DNA of 64,000 bases from Tubulanus polymorphus (taxonomy: Eukaryota > Animalia > Nemertea), in contig NC_134026.1 of the NCBI RefSeq assembly GCF_964204645.1, positions 20,370,150 to 20,434,149 of the forward strand. The letters run 5' to 3'. Below the pieces are notes generated by a model, which saw only the letters and a list, made by a program, of their open reading frames with translations, ran no database searches and was not told where the DNA came from. The position numbers and the translations under genes are program-made. Shown one piece after another: positions 46,243-61,025 of the stretch (position 1 is the stretch's first letter; each line of letters begins with the position of its first letter).

Positions 46243-47564
46243 TGAATATACACGTTTTCATCTAATGTGCACAAACTGTAATGTATAAACGAAATAAGAC
46301 TGTGGAGCGTGCGATCAAAATGATGATATGGCCGCTTAATTGTAATTCACAACGCGTTACGGTAGGACTGGCCATACCAGTCAGATAAGAAAATTTGTCT
46401 CCATCTTGCGGATGTCAGTGAGTTGCTTAACTTTGAGGTTGCTATCTCGTGTAGCGGAGTCGCTCATCAATCTTTGTACGACGCAGAGGCAGGCAAGCCA
46501 TCTATGTTTACCGAGGGACACTGCGCCTGAAAGTAAACTAATGAATTTTCAGAGAATTTCATTAATCAGACTTTTAACAGAAGATCTGTCAGCATATTTG
46601 AGACTAACCAAACACAAATTAATGTCGACGTCGTACTGACGGCTTTGCGTGTCGCGCGCGGGGAATCGGGTTATGCATTATGAAATGAAATCTTCGAAAA
46701 GGATTGAACAGTAATCCCTTAAAGCCGGGCAGGCGAGTCATTCAAAAACACAAAATCGTATAGCTGATTTAGTTCGATCATTGTTTGCACGATGCGTTAA
46801 AAATAGATGAATTTTTCTCGAGACTGGTAGAGAATTCTGCTTAAGTAAGACGTTTGTGACAGGCGTACCAAGCGATACATACTCGTGATTCTGTTCGAGC
46901 ATCTATCTCAAAATCCCAATTTCAACAAAATCAAAAATCAAAGATAAAACAAATTTCAATAAAGATATAAGAAGTTTTAGGTTTCTAGGTTGCGGTAATT
47001 CTCACTCTTTTTAGAAACATAACTTTAGATTGAAAGTTGATTAGTCCCTTGCTAGATAGATTAACTTAATATAAAGGGAATGAAATGCTGATATTTGCCG
47101 GTGATTCTTGGGTTTTGCGAACTGAACAATTGCGAGCGGTGACGTTGCGAAACCTAGGACCGCATATTTCAACCGTGCGTAAAAGACTGCGATGATTCAT
47201 TTCGAAATATCTTTATATTTAGCTGTATTTCCCATTTTTCAGAGGTTAAAGACAACTGTTATTCGTTATTCTGGCCTTCACTTTCCTGACGTCTTTGCTG
47301 TAACTGCTTGAGTTTGGGATTACGCACCAGAGGGGTCACTCTGTGCACCGCCATTTCACTGAACATTGTGATTTTCCAGAAGAAATCTTAAATATGCCAT
47401 CCAATTTCTTCAAATTTTCCATGGGGAGATTTTGAGATTATAATCACAATCTGGCTTGTACGGTATTTGGCGGGAGCATTCGTTTAGCTTGGTTTCGGGA
47501 TCCGGTCTGGCCCGCTATTGAAGTTTGAACGGCGGCTGTGTTTAGAATAATAACAAAATAATAA

Positions 47565-50500
47565 CAAATGTCAATACTTTGATGTAAACTCTACTGTAGA
47601 GTTTGAAAAGCAACATTTTTCAATCTGTGCTTTAAACATTCGTAGTTGTAACAGAAATTTTGATACATTTTCATATTTTTTGAGCAATTTAAAAACTGAC
47701 TTTTCTATTTTCGGGTTAACCGAAACCTGGACTTGCGAACTTCATGATAATGGCAGGCTGTATAATCTCCCAGGTATGAAAAGTGTTTTTAAGTGTAGAA
47801 AAAATTGTCAGGGAGGAGGTTTGGCCCTATTTTTCAAAAAAAGTTTTAATGTGAAACTTAGACCAGATCTATCCGAGGATAGAAATACTTTTGAATGTCT
47901 ATTTATTGAATTGATTCTTGAAAAAGAAAAAAATAAATTAATTGGTCTGATCTATCGACCACCAGGACAAAGCATAAATGGCTTTAATAATGAATTAATT
48001 CCACTTTTAGTGAAACTTAATAGAGAAGACAAAGTATGCTATCTTATGGGCGATTTCAATATCGATTTACTACAAGTTAACGCCCACAGACCAACTGATA
48101 ACTATTTAGAAAATATGACTTCATTTGGGTTCATTCCATTAGTTGATAAACCCACAAGAATCACTCCCACATCCTCGACGCTTATAGATAATAATTTTTG
48201 TAACGATATTCGCCATGTGTTTAGTACGGGTATTATTTGTACCGATATTTCGGATCATTTTCCTATTTTTACTGTCTGTAATCACGTTGAGCCCAAAATT
48301 GACCAAGAGGTGACTTCGAACAGAAACTATTGTGAACGTAACATTTCAAAATTCAATAGAGCTCTTCTGGCCACTGATTGGTCGGATATCTATAGTAATG
48401 CAGACCCGCAACTCTCATACAGCGCATTTAACACTAAATTCATGGAATTATATAATGAATGTTTTCCTTTTCAACTCCCCGTAAAATAAACGAAAATAAA
48501 TTACATAAACCGTGGTTATCATCTGGATTATTGAAATGTATTAAACACAAAAATCGCTTGTACAGAAAATCTTTGCGTAATAGATCACATTTGAAAAATT
48601 ATTTGAATTACAAACGTACCTTGTCTCGTACACTCAAATATGCCGAGAAAAAGAATTATGAGACTAAATTACTTGCAGCCAAATCCGACATGAAAAAATC
48701 ATGGAATATCTTAAACAGTCTAATTGGAAAATCTTCCAATGATCGGTGTAGATTACCTTGCTCTTTCAAAAGGAACGGTATCGTTGTAAACGGCTATGAA
48801 AATATCGCTAATGAATTTAATTCTTTCTTTGTAAATATTGGTAGCAACCTAGCCAATCAAATACCAGATACAGGTGTCCACTTCAGTGAATATCTGACAG
48901 ATCCAGTAAATGAAAACTTTTTCTTTTTCCCGACCCACCCTGATGAAATCAGTCAGATTGTAAATGATTTCTCACCCAGCAAAGGCGCTGGTGCTGATGG
49001 TTTCTCTGTAAAAGTAGTTAAGAAAATAATTGATTCTGTAAAATACCCGCTAACTCATATATTTAACTGTAGCTTAAATTCCGGTATAGTGCCGGCTGAA
49101 CTGAAGGTAGCGCGAATACGTCCACTCTATAAAGCTGGCAATAATGACTCTTTTGATAATTACAGACCGATATCCGTACTGCCTTGCTTTTCTAAAATTC
49201 TCGAAAAGATAGTGTATAATCGATTAACCGAATATTGTAACAAGTTTCATATCATTCAACCAAACCAGTTCGGCTTTCGAAAGAACCATTCAACTGCCAT
49301 GGCCTTAACATTGATAACTGATGAAATTTCACAAAATTTAGAAGAAAACAAATCAACTATTGGGGTATTCTTAGATTTATCAAAAGCCTTTGACACCGTT
49401 GATCACGAAATCTTATTAAGAAAATTATGTTTTTATGGAATAAGAGGCATCTCTAACAACTGGTTTGAAAACTATTTGAAGAATAGAAAACAATTTGTTC
49501 AAATTCAAAATTATAAATCCTCGTTATGTACCGTTAAAACTGGAGTACCCCAAGGCTCAATTTTAGGTCCCTTGCTTTTTTTATTATATGTAAACGACTG
49601 TATTAAATTTTCTAATGTGTTAAAACTTATATTGTTTGCCGATGACACAAATGCCTTTTATAGTGACCTTAATTTAGACAGATTAGTACGTACAGTAAAC
49701 ATTGAATTATAAAAATTGTATACCTGGTTTCAAACAAACAAGCTGTCATTAAATGTAAAGAAGACGTCATTTATGGTGTTCGGTTAACTATTGAAACATA
49801 ACTTGAGAATATCAATTAACAATATAGAGATCAAACAAGTCAATGTCACAAATTTTTCTTGGAGTTTTTATTGACAGAAATTTAACCTGGGACGATCAAA
49901 TAAAATCAGTTGAAAAAAAAGTTTCTCGAAGCATTGGTATAATAAATAGAGTAAGACATAAGCTGCCAGTGAGTTCTCTTCGTACCTTTATTTGTCGCTT
50001 ATTGATCCTTACCTCCAGTATTGTAACTTAGTTTGGGGACGAAATTTTGAAAATAAACTTCAGCCATTAATTGTATTGCAAAAAAGAGCTATCAGGCTAA
50101 TTTCTAATTCCTATTATTTGGCGCACACTGACCCTATATTCAAAGCTTTTAATATCCTCAAGCTCAAAGATATTAATAAACTTCAGCTAGGTACTTTTAT
50201 CTACAGATCTGTCCACTCCGAATTACCGAAATCATTCGAAAATTATTGGAACCAAAATTTTCAAATCCACAGTCACAATACTCGGCGACGTCAAGATTTA
50301 CAAACACTCTCTTTCAATAGTCTAAGAAGAAAATTTTCAGTAAAAGTATCCGGCCCTTTACTTTGGAATAACATCAGTGAAAATCTAAAAAACATGGAAA
50401 ATTCTAAACTGTTCCTAAGAAATTATAGAAAGCAACTTTGTGCTTGATTTTATCATACAGTTATTCGAACTAAAATTATTGTTTTTGGAATATTTCAGAA

Positions 50501-50794
50501 AATAACTGGCTTATTAAATGATTATATCTTAATCAAGCTGTTATCATAGTTTACTTTGATTGCATTTTGTGTGTTAAGGGTTGACTGTGAGCATATTATT
50601 TTCTTTATTGCATTTCTCTTTTTTTCTTTTCTCTTTTGAGGGACCTGTTTTATACAAACTATTCCTTAGTTTCTACAGGCCCCTCCAGGTCTAATTTACT
50701 GTATTTTGTATTATGCTTTGTACACTATGCTGTAAATTATATTTGGAAAATAAAGTATTCAAAGACGTGTTCAAAGTGTTCAAAGTGTTCAAAG
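47565..50794 (+). mobile_element. Non-LTR retrotransposon, CR1 group (CR1/L2/Crack-like), 5'-truncated, ORF2 disrupted
   Basis: APE endonuclease motifs LNIRS, GLTETW, YRPP, MGDFN and SDH. RT motifs YRPISVLP, QFGFR, FLDLSKAFDTVDH, GVPQGSILGPLLF and FADDT. Frameshift near 48470, stops at 49710 and about 49785, further frameshifts to 50447. The 3' UTR has AATAAA (about 50748) and a (gtgttcaaa)n tail. Confidence 0.95.
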
Positions 50795-51800
50795 AATGGT
50801 CATATGTTTCTTCCAGACTAGAACCATTTTGTTTTCGCACCAAACACGGCAATGTGCGTCGAGGTACATCATTCCTTACTCCCTTCTTAACTCTGATAGC
50901 GGTCCGTAGAACATTTGAACAGATGAAATGGTAAAAAGACAACTAGCAAGATGGACAGTGTGAATCATTTAGTCAAGATACGAACTATTAACGCTTTTAA
51001 CACGATAAAGATGGCCGCCTCCGTAAGTCCCCAATGACATCATCAAATGGTCTTGTGATTCGATTCAGCAGCAGCAGCTAACTAGTTTGGAATACAAACG
51101 CTTAATGCTAATTAATTAGAATGTCGCCTATGGTAATCAGCAATGGCATCGGGTGAAATTGCTCTGGGAAGCAGCCGTCGTATCTGGAAGGGTCAACAAA
51201 TGCATACTCACAATAAAAGCTTCTGGGTATTCAAGAACTCAATAACGGTGTTAACCGGAGGGCTGATATTTTTCCAATCTCGTCTGCGTGGTCCATCCTC
51301 ATCATGCCGATAGCCGAGAACAGAGAAATTAGCTACAGTCGTCTGAGCAATTAGCATTTATATAGTATTAGTTAGCTATTCGATTGGTTATTAACAAAGC
51401 AATTTGGCCGGCATTTAGGGTCATTCTCCTCTACTGGGATTACTTCGCCTTTTACAAGTCTCGAGCGATTCCGTTAATTATGTCTACCCCAGCGAATGGC
51501 CACTGTTAATCTTCGTAGTGTCTTCTTCTCCGTATGATGCGTGGCTGATTGGAAATCACTTTAATATATAGTCTGCCACTAGTACGTACAGCGAAACGTA
51601 CATGTGGAGGCCTTGCGATGGAGGGACTTACGAATGGGGAACCCGCAGATCCAGTTATCCCACCAGATGGCGTGACAAGCAGTAGGTCGTCCGTTGTCAA
51701 AATAAGTTCATTTTCGATGAACTTTGAACTGGATTATTACCACAGCACCTACCAAATATACAATACTTTCAATCTTCATCTCGGATATTGGTATAGTTTT

Positions 51801-51942
51801 CATTAATAATTGATTCATTAGAGAGAAGAGTTAGTTCAGATTTAATTGAAATGCTGTAGAAAATGAACGTGGGCGACCAATTATCTACTAGCGAACCTGG
51901 CGGATCCTCGCCTGCCATATGTGGAATCCTCGATTGCCACAG
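51801..51942 (+). repeat. Dispersed repeat fragment (related copy at 30650-30791)
   Basis: Direct sequence match to 30650-30791. Confidence 0.75.
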
Positions 51943-54900
51943 ACGCACCTATTGAATCCATTTTAAGAGCGTGGAACAATGTGTATGTTTTCAGAACATG
52001 TAATTAGTAACATCGAAATCATAAAATCCATCAACAATGCGTTCTTTTAAGCATGAATGATACAGAAAATGAAAAAAGACTATGCTTCAAAGGGTCATAT
52101 AGGATTTACGCACTACTGGCTTTGACCAATGCAGATGCGAAATTCATGAAGATTTGATAGCACTGATTTATCATTTCGAAAATTTATGCCGTTTCGATAC
52201 CACACGACTGAGTAAACTCAAGGGATATATCACCTCGTAGAAAATTGTGTTCTCACCGATCGAATTCACCGACTGCAGCCTTTACTATCGCCTGACAGTG
52301 TTTTGTTTATTAAATTAACTCGGCCATTCGGGGCACCGTGTTACGTCTCCGTTCGTGCGAAATTGGACATGTCAACGCATTCGCCGGCTTCTTATCTCGA
52401 CATTGTTTTCCACAGTGCACTGAATTGATAAGAAACACCACTAAAATCGACTGGATTTCTCTATATACCATTGAGACGAGTTAACGCGATTGTACGGAGC
52501 TTCGGTAACACGAAAGGCTGACCAACACTGCTCGTTAATACGGACTATCAGATTTTAGTGTCGGTTTTTTATTGGTGCCACATCCCGAGTGTGACCTCTA
52601 CAGGGTTACTGACCTGGTTTTGCTATCTCCTCGTCAGGCTCGTTTTTTAGGAGCAGTTCTATTTCCAGAAGAAGGAAACCTTTTCATCGTAAAAAGGGGC
52701 ACTTACATATTGATGCTTCTGACGGACGAGGCGAATTTCTTCGGAGAATCAATTGTTATTCGGTATTTCCAGCGTCCCTTGTCACACTATACAAGTTCGG
52801 CGAGAATCAATTCGCTTACTTGAAGTCTGACCCGGGCTTCGGGAACGTTCTTCTTTATTTTTGAGCACTGATTTTACCGGTCCATTTTTTCAGCGACCTT
52901 TACACTGAACATATCATCGTCAATATATGTTGGCTGATTCGTATGGCTGAATACGGTCAAGGATAAAAATGACATGACATGACCCGAGTATCCATCGTGG
53001 GGTAGTACTAATTTTCGCCTATAAACGACGTTTCAGGCATCTGTATCGATACTGTTTAATTGATTTGGTAGATTTACGTTTAAAGGCAATGCATCTAGAT
53101 ATTAAGCATATTTCATCAAAGCAGGTTTTAATTCTTTTAAACGCTAATCTGCCTATTCAATGCAATCTTTTTTATTGATACATACATTTCATTGATGCTG
53201 AAGTTTGAAACGCTGGTAGGTGAAAACTAGTTCGAAGAAATGGACACTTAACGTCATTCCGTGCCAAAAATTGCCCAGTTGCGAAAAGAGAGTTCATGAA
53301 CGAAAAATCACCGCGCAAAAACATAAGTTACTTTCCACGAGCGTTCTCTGCGTATTAATTTTCATTTTTTTGCCATAAGATGCGATTTGATAATTTTTTT
53401 GCATGGTATATTGCATGGATTTTTGTAACCTGGCCAGAACCAGCCTTCACTTCGTCAGATTTGGCGAGTTTTTTTTTTGGGGGGGGGGGGGGTGACTTAA
53501 AGGCATTTATTGTGAAGCCTAGCCTTCCAGGTGAGGATTATCATATACAACGCATTGTGAGGATATCGTATCTACGTCGTGACGACGTAAAGCAAGTAGA
53601 ACAACGCTTACCAAAAGCTTGAAGCGAGAGATCTTTTTTATTGTAAATGAACTAACAGTGGATTTCAGAACTTGAATATGTCGATATCCCGTATGGGCCT
53701 TCACTGTATTTGGGTATGTAAACCGCAACTGGTACAACGGCCTCTCAAGGATTGTTATGATATGGTATGATATTCTTTATTTCTGGATGCATTGAAATTA
53801 CATATAGATGCAGAAACATCATAATATAAAGAAAAAAATAATTTACATATATGTAAATATTTATAGATAATTTCAATACAACAACAAGGATGCCAAAAGA
53901 GTTTTTAGTGTATTCCGTTCGTAAGTTTAGTTTCGTCACTATGAGTATTAACCGTTGTTAATCACGTTCCGTTTCATTATTATAATAATACATCTACAGA
54001 AGATAGAGAAGTATCGACGCAGAAAGCGTGATGAATATTCTATCTACTTAATAAATGTAGTTTTATTTTTTGTAGAGAATAAAATGTTTTGTGAAATCAC
54101 GTGATGCTTATCAGTTGTCAGTTGCTCTTTGCCTACGCCCCCTCCTGACATTGTGGCTAAGCATTCCCTCGCGATCCTACAGAGCGTGGAAGCACGAGTA
54201 GGACACTTCGTATCACCGACTTCAATTCGTTATCTCAGCCTTATTCCCTCCCATTACGTAAAAATTTGTATACATTCGAATTGGATGGCGATGCAATTCA
54301 ACGTCCTTCACCTAAGAGATCGAAGTGGGGCAATGAATATGCACAGTAAGTCACTCGCCACTCAAAACCAACTATTATAAGTCAGTTTGTTTAGCTCAAA
54401 ATAAGGAATCTAATGACGCTCCCGCTAGTTTTCGAAGCTTCTGCTTACGTTGCAATTTTCGCTATGAATTCCATTACTTCAAACGAAGCGGTAAATTGCT
54501 GAAGATTTCTCGGGGAAAATTACGCACAATCACGATCGACGCAAGTATGGATAATAACAACGATTTCGACTAGCTAAACTAAACGTCCTGACCCGAGTAC
54601 GCGATGGAAGATCAGACATAATTTCTAAACGGATGTTTTGTAAAGTAGTTTGCGTTGGCTACATCGACGAATTCACTTTTTGTGACAGCTTAACTTTTCG
54701 TGACTCTCATTTTGTACTGTATTAACATTCATGTATCAAAATTATTTATAAATTGCTTCTATAATAAATTGCTTCTATAAATATTACTATTAGAGCGCCC
54801 AAATGGCGTTGGAGTATTTCTAAGTCACCCGAGAGCCCGGTGCAGGAAAACCCTGTTTAGCACAGCCGTGGTTAATGGCATATCTATAGTTAGACTAACC

Positions 54901-57900
54901 ATCTCCAAATCCACAAAATCGCAGGCCTGCTCAACGTCATAATTGACGGCCGATATGACGCCATACGGCCATTGTGAATAAAAGCGGAAATAAACGCACA
55001 TAACATCTACAAACACCTCGATAGACAAATATGATTTTTAAGTTAAAAAACAATGTCAATTTAGATCACAAACTACACTTTTATCTCTTCTCTATAGGTG
55101 TGGGGTTATTGTACGAAAAAAAATTCGTGACATATTTACACTTGACATCTAAAAATCTCTTCGCCGTCTTCGCCAGCTTTTGCCAACAAGTCCGATACTC
55201 GCTTTGTCGTCATAAGCGATTTTCGAAACATTCGATTATATTGTCACCTGCTGGGCAACTTCACACCGCGGCGCGTGAGCTCTGCGTCGCTCCACGTCGA
55301 CGGGGAACTAAATTCAATCTTGTCTTGTGGTGGAATATGATTACATCGCGCGGTGTATAACAAGGGAACCGCGTATGCGCTACCGAAAAACATTTACATC
55401 GAAATTCTAGCGGACCCGTCGGCGCCGTATAGTCGGTACAGCGTGAAATCCAATTAATTGAAACGACGAGTGTTTTTCATATTCGCCAGAATTAGAGCAA
55501 TAGTTTCTTCTTTAAGGCGGTATCAGTACATGTGATGCGGTAATAAAATTAAACCCGCGGTCGAAATTGAAATGCGAACATCATTTTTCGAACGGATATT
55601 TACCGTTCGCTCTAGTTTCGCCTGTCGCTATTAATAAAATTGAGCGCGTGTTGCGCTAATGAAACTTCTACACGACGACGAGCTGACGACGAAATAAGAT
55701 TTTCGGAGAATCGAAATCGACTTAAGAGAGAGAGCGATAATGCGATTTGCGCTTCATAATAACCCACTTCGGTGATTACGAAACACTGGTTCGTAATTAA
55801 TAATTCATAATGTAGTACATGCGATGAACGAATGCTTTTCTAGTAAATTCTGACTCCATTAGAATTTGCGGAACAGAGAAGATCTCTCTTTGTCTGATAT
55901 TTGAGTTCACCTCATAACACTCAAGACTTCGGGCAATTTTTCATTTTTCTCAAAAATGGTCGACTATTTATTTCTATCAAAAATTGAGAATATATCCATG
56001 CGAAGTCTCTCAATCTAAACCCATCGTTAGTTGGCCAATCCTACTGACCCTTTTTTGTTCTAGATCACTTTCATTTCTATATCGAAGCATAACACAAAAT
56101 GTTTTACCGAATAACCAGACGTTTTCAAAAATCTATTCATTATTTAGAATACCATACGGAATGTACACAACCAATGGGAAAAATCCGAAAAAAATTAGCA
56201 ACGGTTTCAAAAGCCACACATTCAATGCAGCCCTTAGCAAGTAAAAACAAAAACACTTCATATCAAAACGTTTATTTTCTATCGTCTATTCTATCCGAGG
56301 GTTTTTACTTGTTAACTCGAAATACTGGGACTAAAGCCGCGATCACGCGCTCTCAAAATTGGCCCCTGCCTTATCAGAGAGCGCATTCACACGCAAACCA
56401 CTCACTCGATGTTCAACCAAAGCGAATTGAAACATTTCCGAAACCAGATGCAATTTAAACGCAATCATTTGCCCCATGCCGAAATCTGGTCCGGGCCAAA
56501 CAGGCACGGGCCCATTTGACAGCAGTGTTATATCAGTTGCTTAATATCAGTCTTCCAGTCAATGCACCTCTCCTTGTTACCCGTTCGCAAAATCTACTTA
56601 TTTACTTACTAACACTCATACTCAAAGCTAAGCATTTGCACCGTAACTGGCACACAGATTTCTCATTGCAGAAAAATATATATGATCTTAGACGATCATC
56701 AATTTTTACTTATTCAAACGTGTTTACGTTATGCGACTTGACGGATTCTTAACGGAGATCCATAAAAGAACCACGCCGCGTCAAGATTCTCCTCGGAACA
56801 CCAACTCCTCACTCCTCGCTGAAATATTACAGATTCAATTAATTTCGAATCGTCAATGCATTTCGCTGTGCTCTTTTTGCACGCGTGATGCGTTCGTCTC
56901 GTTGGAAACTTGTCTTGTTGTTTTGACGCGTTTGTCGTTTCGAAAACTTTTCGTAATGGAAAACGATGCTCGCATTCATCGTTAATAAAGCGGAAATTAA
57001 GAGTTGAATTCGAAATCAGTCGAAGCGTCGAAGCGAGTGGAAGGAAAATTACGCGAAGATGTTCAAGGTGGAAAAAACACGTTGTGAAACCTTTTCGATC
57101 TACGCGCAGCCAACGATGTTTTTCGGGATTCTAGAGGTACACGCAATAACGCGAAGAGGAGACGCGACTTTCGTCGAAAAGAGACGCTTTTCGTGCTCGA
57201 TTTCATCTGGAACGGGATTCGTCCCTATTTCGCATCTAACGTCTTGATAGCGATTCATTAGTATTCATTAAAAAAGCGCGATTGTATCGGATCTATATCA
57301 ATGTACGTACTTACAAAAACTCCCGCGAAATTATTTTTGGTTTTTTGGCCGTCTTCTGGCCACCTTGTTATATGCAGTAACATGTATTTCAAGACGGAAT
57401 TATCCGGACAAAATTTTTTCTTTTCTTTGGTAAAATATGGAGCGAAATGAAATTTGAAACGACAGGTGTGCCCTTTATCAGAACATTATTTACACTGTTA
57501 ATAACGATGTTATCATTCTTTATGGCCCATGAAATTTTACTTGGGTGTGCCCATTAAATCATCAAAAAATTATGTTTTGTTAAAATCACATATCATACTT
57601 AATAGCCTGTGAATGTAAATATGAATAAGCAAATAAAACAATCGTATATTCAGATTGGCGTATTTACACGAAACGTTATGATCATCTGGGACAAGATTAA
57701 ATGTTCGCATACGAAGGATGACGTCATTTTCCAGAGTTGATCATTAAATTCCTGACATTTTGCGGAACATACGTTCTAGATTCGATTCGAGATGCATTCT
57801 TAGAGATACCTATTAACAAGAATTGTCGCATCACTCTCCCAGATGACTGGGATTGCGCTAATTCAATCAACTTGAATAGTTAATCAGCGATGCTCGTTTA

Positions 57901-60720
57901 GTGATTAATAACCGAAACTTCTTAAAAGCAAAGTTGTGAAGACATTGATACACACATAGGTTTAAGCACGAGTACCAGTTGAAACTACGATATTTCGTTG
58001 TTAAATGACGACATCGCATTAAAAGTACGAATAACGTATGATTACACACAATTTGCATTTCCTCGTTCTGTTGCATTCCTCATAGTTTACACTCCAGAAA
58101 GTATGCATTCCATCTTCATATCCGACGAAACTAATACGGCTTTGAAATTATTGCCAATCGTAGGACATTTCGGCAAATAGAAACTAGTCTTACATCACCC
58201 TTGTCTTTCCATTTCTTTATTATTTTGGCCAAACAAGAGCGTACCCGCAACCTCTTAATAACCGCGACATTAATAATTGAACGATGAAAATTATATCTGT
58301 CAGTCGTCTGATGGAAAATGCTCTATACGTAGACGTCGTTGTAATTCGAAAGTTCAGCAGCGATTCTCCTACTACTTATGTATCGTATATATTTGAGGGG
58401 GAAAACATATAAAGAAGCAGCGTGGTTTGTTGAATTTAGCAAATCCCGTGAAAACATGAGGGGTGTGCTATTGATACTGCTAACGGAGGATGAAGAACCT
58501 ACAAGAACATTGATCTCGAGCTATTTGATTTTTTTTTCCAATTGATTTCTAGCAAAAAGGCCAACCTAAACAACGAAGGTCAAACGTGAAGAAAATTATA
58601 GGTTCATCTTATTACGGTATTATTATTATAATCTCGTCGTTTCTTGTAAGCTTGCAAGACATTAAAGAGATGATTCTTTAGGCCCTTGCCCACTATATGA
58701 GGAATAAGTGGGCAGCGCCGGAGTATTGTGGCATTTCGTACACCGCCAGTTCCCTCGTCTACACCCAGCTTGGAATTCTAAGTAGAGATCCATTTACGTT
58801 TGGAGTGGAATCGGGCTCATCCATCAAATGACAAGGCATTCATTCACCCATTGACTAACATTTCGTCGCCTAGGATGTGGCCTCTGGTGGATTTTAATGG
58901 GAATTGAATTGAACATTTTTTTTTGTTCGGATCGGATGATTTTAATTGAATCGATAAATCAGTATGAAATGCGCACCTGCGATGTGAATATTGTGCACAC
59001 GCGCAGCAATCATCACTTGTATGAGGACAACGCCGTTTAACGGATCATCAATTAAATCTTTTGAATTTTACAAAGGACCGCGATCGTTTCCGGGTTTATC
59101 GCCGTGTTGCAGAGGCGTATTTTCTTCATACACACCCCTTTGATCCCTCGACGTCACCGTAAGCTCCGTATGATTAGGAATAGTTTGATTGTTAATTGCC
59201 AATCAATCCGAATATCTATATCGCAGTACACTATCGATAATCAAACATCTTCATCAACACGCCGTATAGAAAATGAACAGAACTCTCTCTCTCGTGCAAC
59301 GATTTTCAGTTTTGTGAAATATGGGCTAATCGTTCTCGTGATAAAACATCCTGACAATGTCACTTAATTCCGAATACCAATTACATGGGACTTTCGACGT
59401 CTCAAAGTGTAATTACTTCGCAGTCCCCGGCGATATTCTCTCAGCTCATCAATGGTATCGCATTTTCCGTTAGAAAGACGACTAATTCCGCGCCACGATG
59501 CGCTCGTATAGTCTAGAATTGAAAATCATGAAGACGACAGGAGACGTTAATGTTTGTTTGAGAGGCGCGATCCTATTTGATACGGACCCGAATTTATTCG
59601 ATACTCAAAAAACAATAGCACGGGGTAGCGATAGACGGGGACGGAGCGAAACAAATCGATAAAAACTTCTATTTACGAGATGAGTAACGATGAACTTGTT
59701 GTGTGGCGTATATTCATCGATACTGTCGAGTATGGCGACGATGCGGACCATTGGTATACTGTACTACGTCGACCAGACGTAACATGCCTCGAGGATTAAA
59801 GGATCCCGTATGTCGAAATTAATTTTTTCGCAACGATATTATCTCCTTCATAACGCAGATTTTATGTTTTATCAACCAAGGGTAGGATTCATTACTCTCA
59901 GAACCACATTGTGTAGAGCAATCCCGTTCGTATTAGCTACATTATGTAAACGAATATCGTGTTTCATTAATTATCATTCATTATTAAGAGTCGTCTTTTA
60001 TTAAAATTCCTTACATATTCCCTGACATAACGATATCGCTAGATTATTTTCTGAATTAGAATCGGATGAACAAGACGATGAATGCACTACCGTTCAATCA
60101 GAAGTCCGTTCCGTTATATTTTAAATCTCGGTCGTCAAAATTTCATTCACCTACCACCCACATGTGTATTCAACGGATTGAGATAAGAATATTATAAAGC
60201 TAATGGATCCTAATGACATCATCAACGATATGGAAAGGGGATCTTCGATATTCTTTTCTTTGCATTATTTCCCACGAGTTCGATATCCTTAATTCAATTT
60301 GATAGATCTTCCGCGCCACGAACGTCACGTGTGATGGTGGTAAACGAAAATGTACGAGCGGTTGAAGCCACACCGTTCGCAACGATCCGACGAAAGTTTC
60401 GGATTCGACGTCGTTCCAGAGGGAATTTTCGGCAAATGCTAATTTGAAATCATGCTGATGGATATGGAAAGCCGTATTCCCGAGTAACTTGCATATACAC
60501 ATTTCCCCATACACAATCGATGTTACGAGTTCGCGTGTCTCGAGGAAAGATTACGTCATAGCAACCGTAAGGGACTTGCACGCGGCAATCTAAGACGCAC
60601 ATCCATTAAATGAAAATATGTATTTGTCGACCTTATTTACCCTACATTAAACACTAAAAGCCACTACGAACTTTACTTAGATACCGGTAGGGCTGGGGAG
60701 GATTTAGAACGCCCCAACAT

Positions 60721-61025
60721 TTTGACGCCGTAAAAACCGTTATGATAATGTCTATACATTTTGATCTAAGGGATTCTGCGTAAGTATAGATGTGCATCAT
60801 GTCATCAATATTGGCGTTTCAAAATAACAATTACTGGTAAAATATGAGTTTTGGCGTCTTAATTTTGTAATTAGATATATTTCACGTCACTTTTTGGTAG
60901 ATTTTAGTAATCATTTTAGGATATGCACTGCGTCATCAATACATCGGAAATAGACTGGTCGCCGGTCAATTAAATTCAATTCAATTATCTATCTTCAAAT
61001 CCAATAAAAATTCATTGATGCTTAA
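60721..61025 (+). repeat. Dispersed repeat, copy 2 (related copy at 19175-19470)
   Basis: Colinear match to 19175-19470 over about 300 bp. Confidence 0.75.

Noticed and set aside
52560-52930. Coding-like composition on the minus strand
   Set aside because: All frames are interrupted and no motif is recognisable; possibly an old TE fragment, but it cannot be supported.
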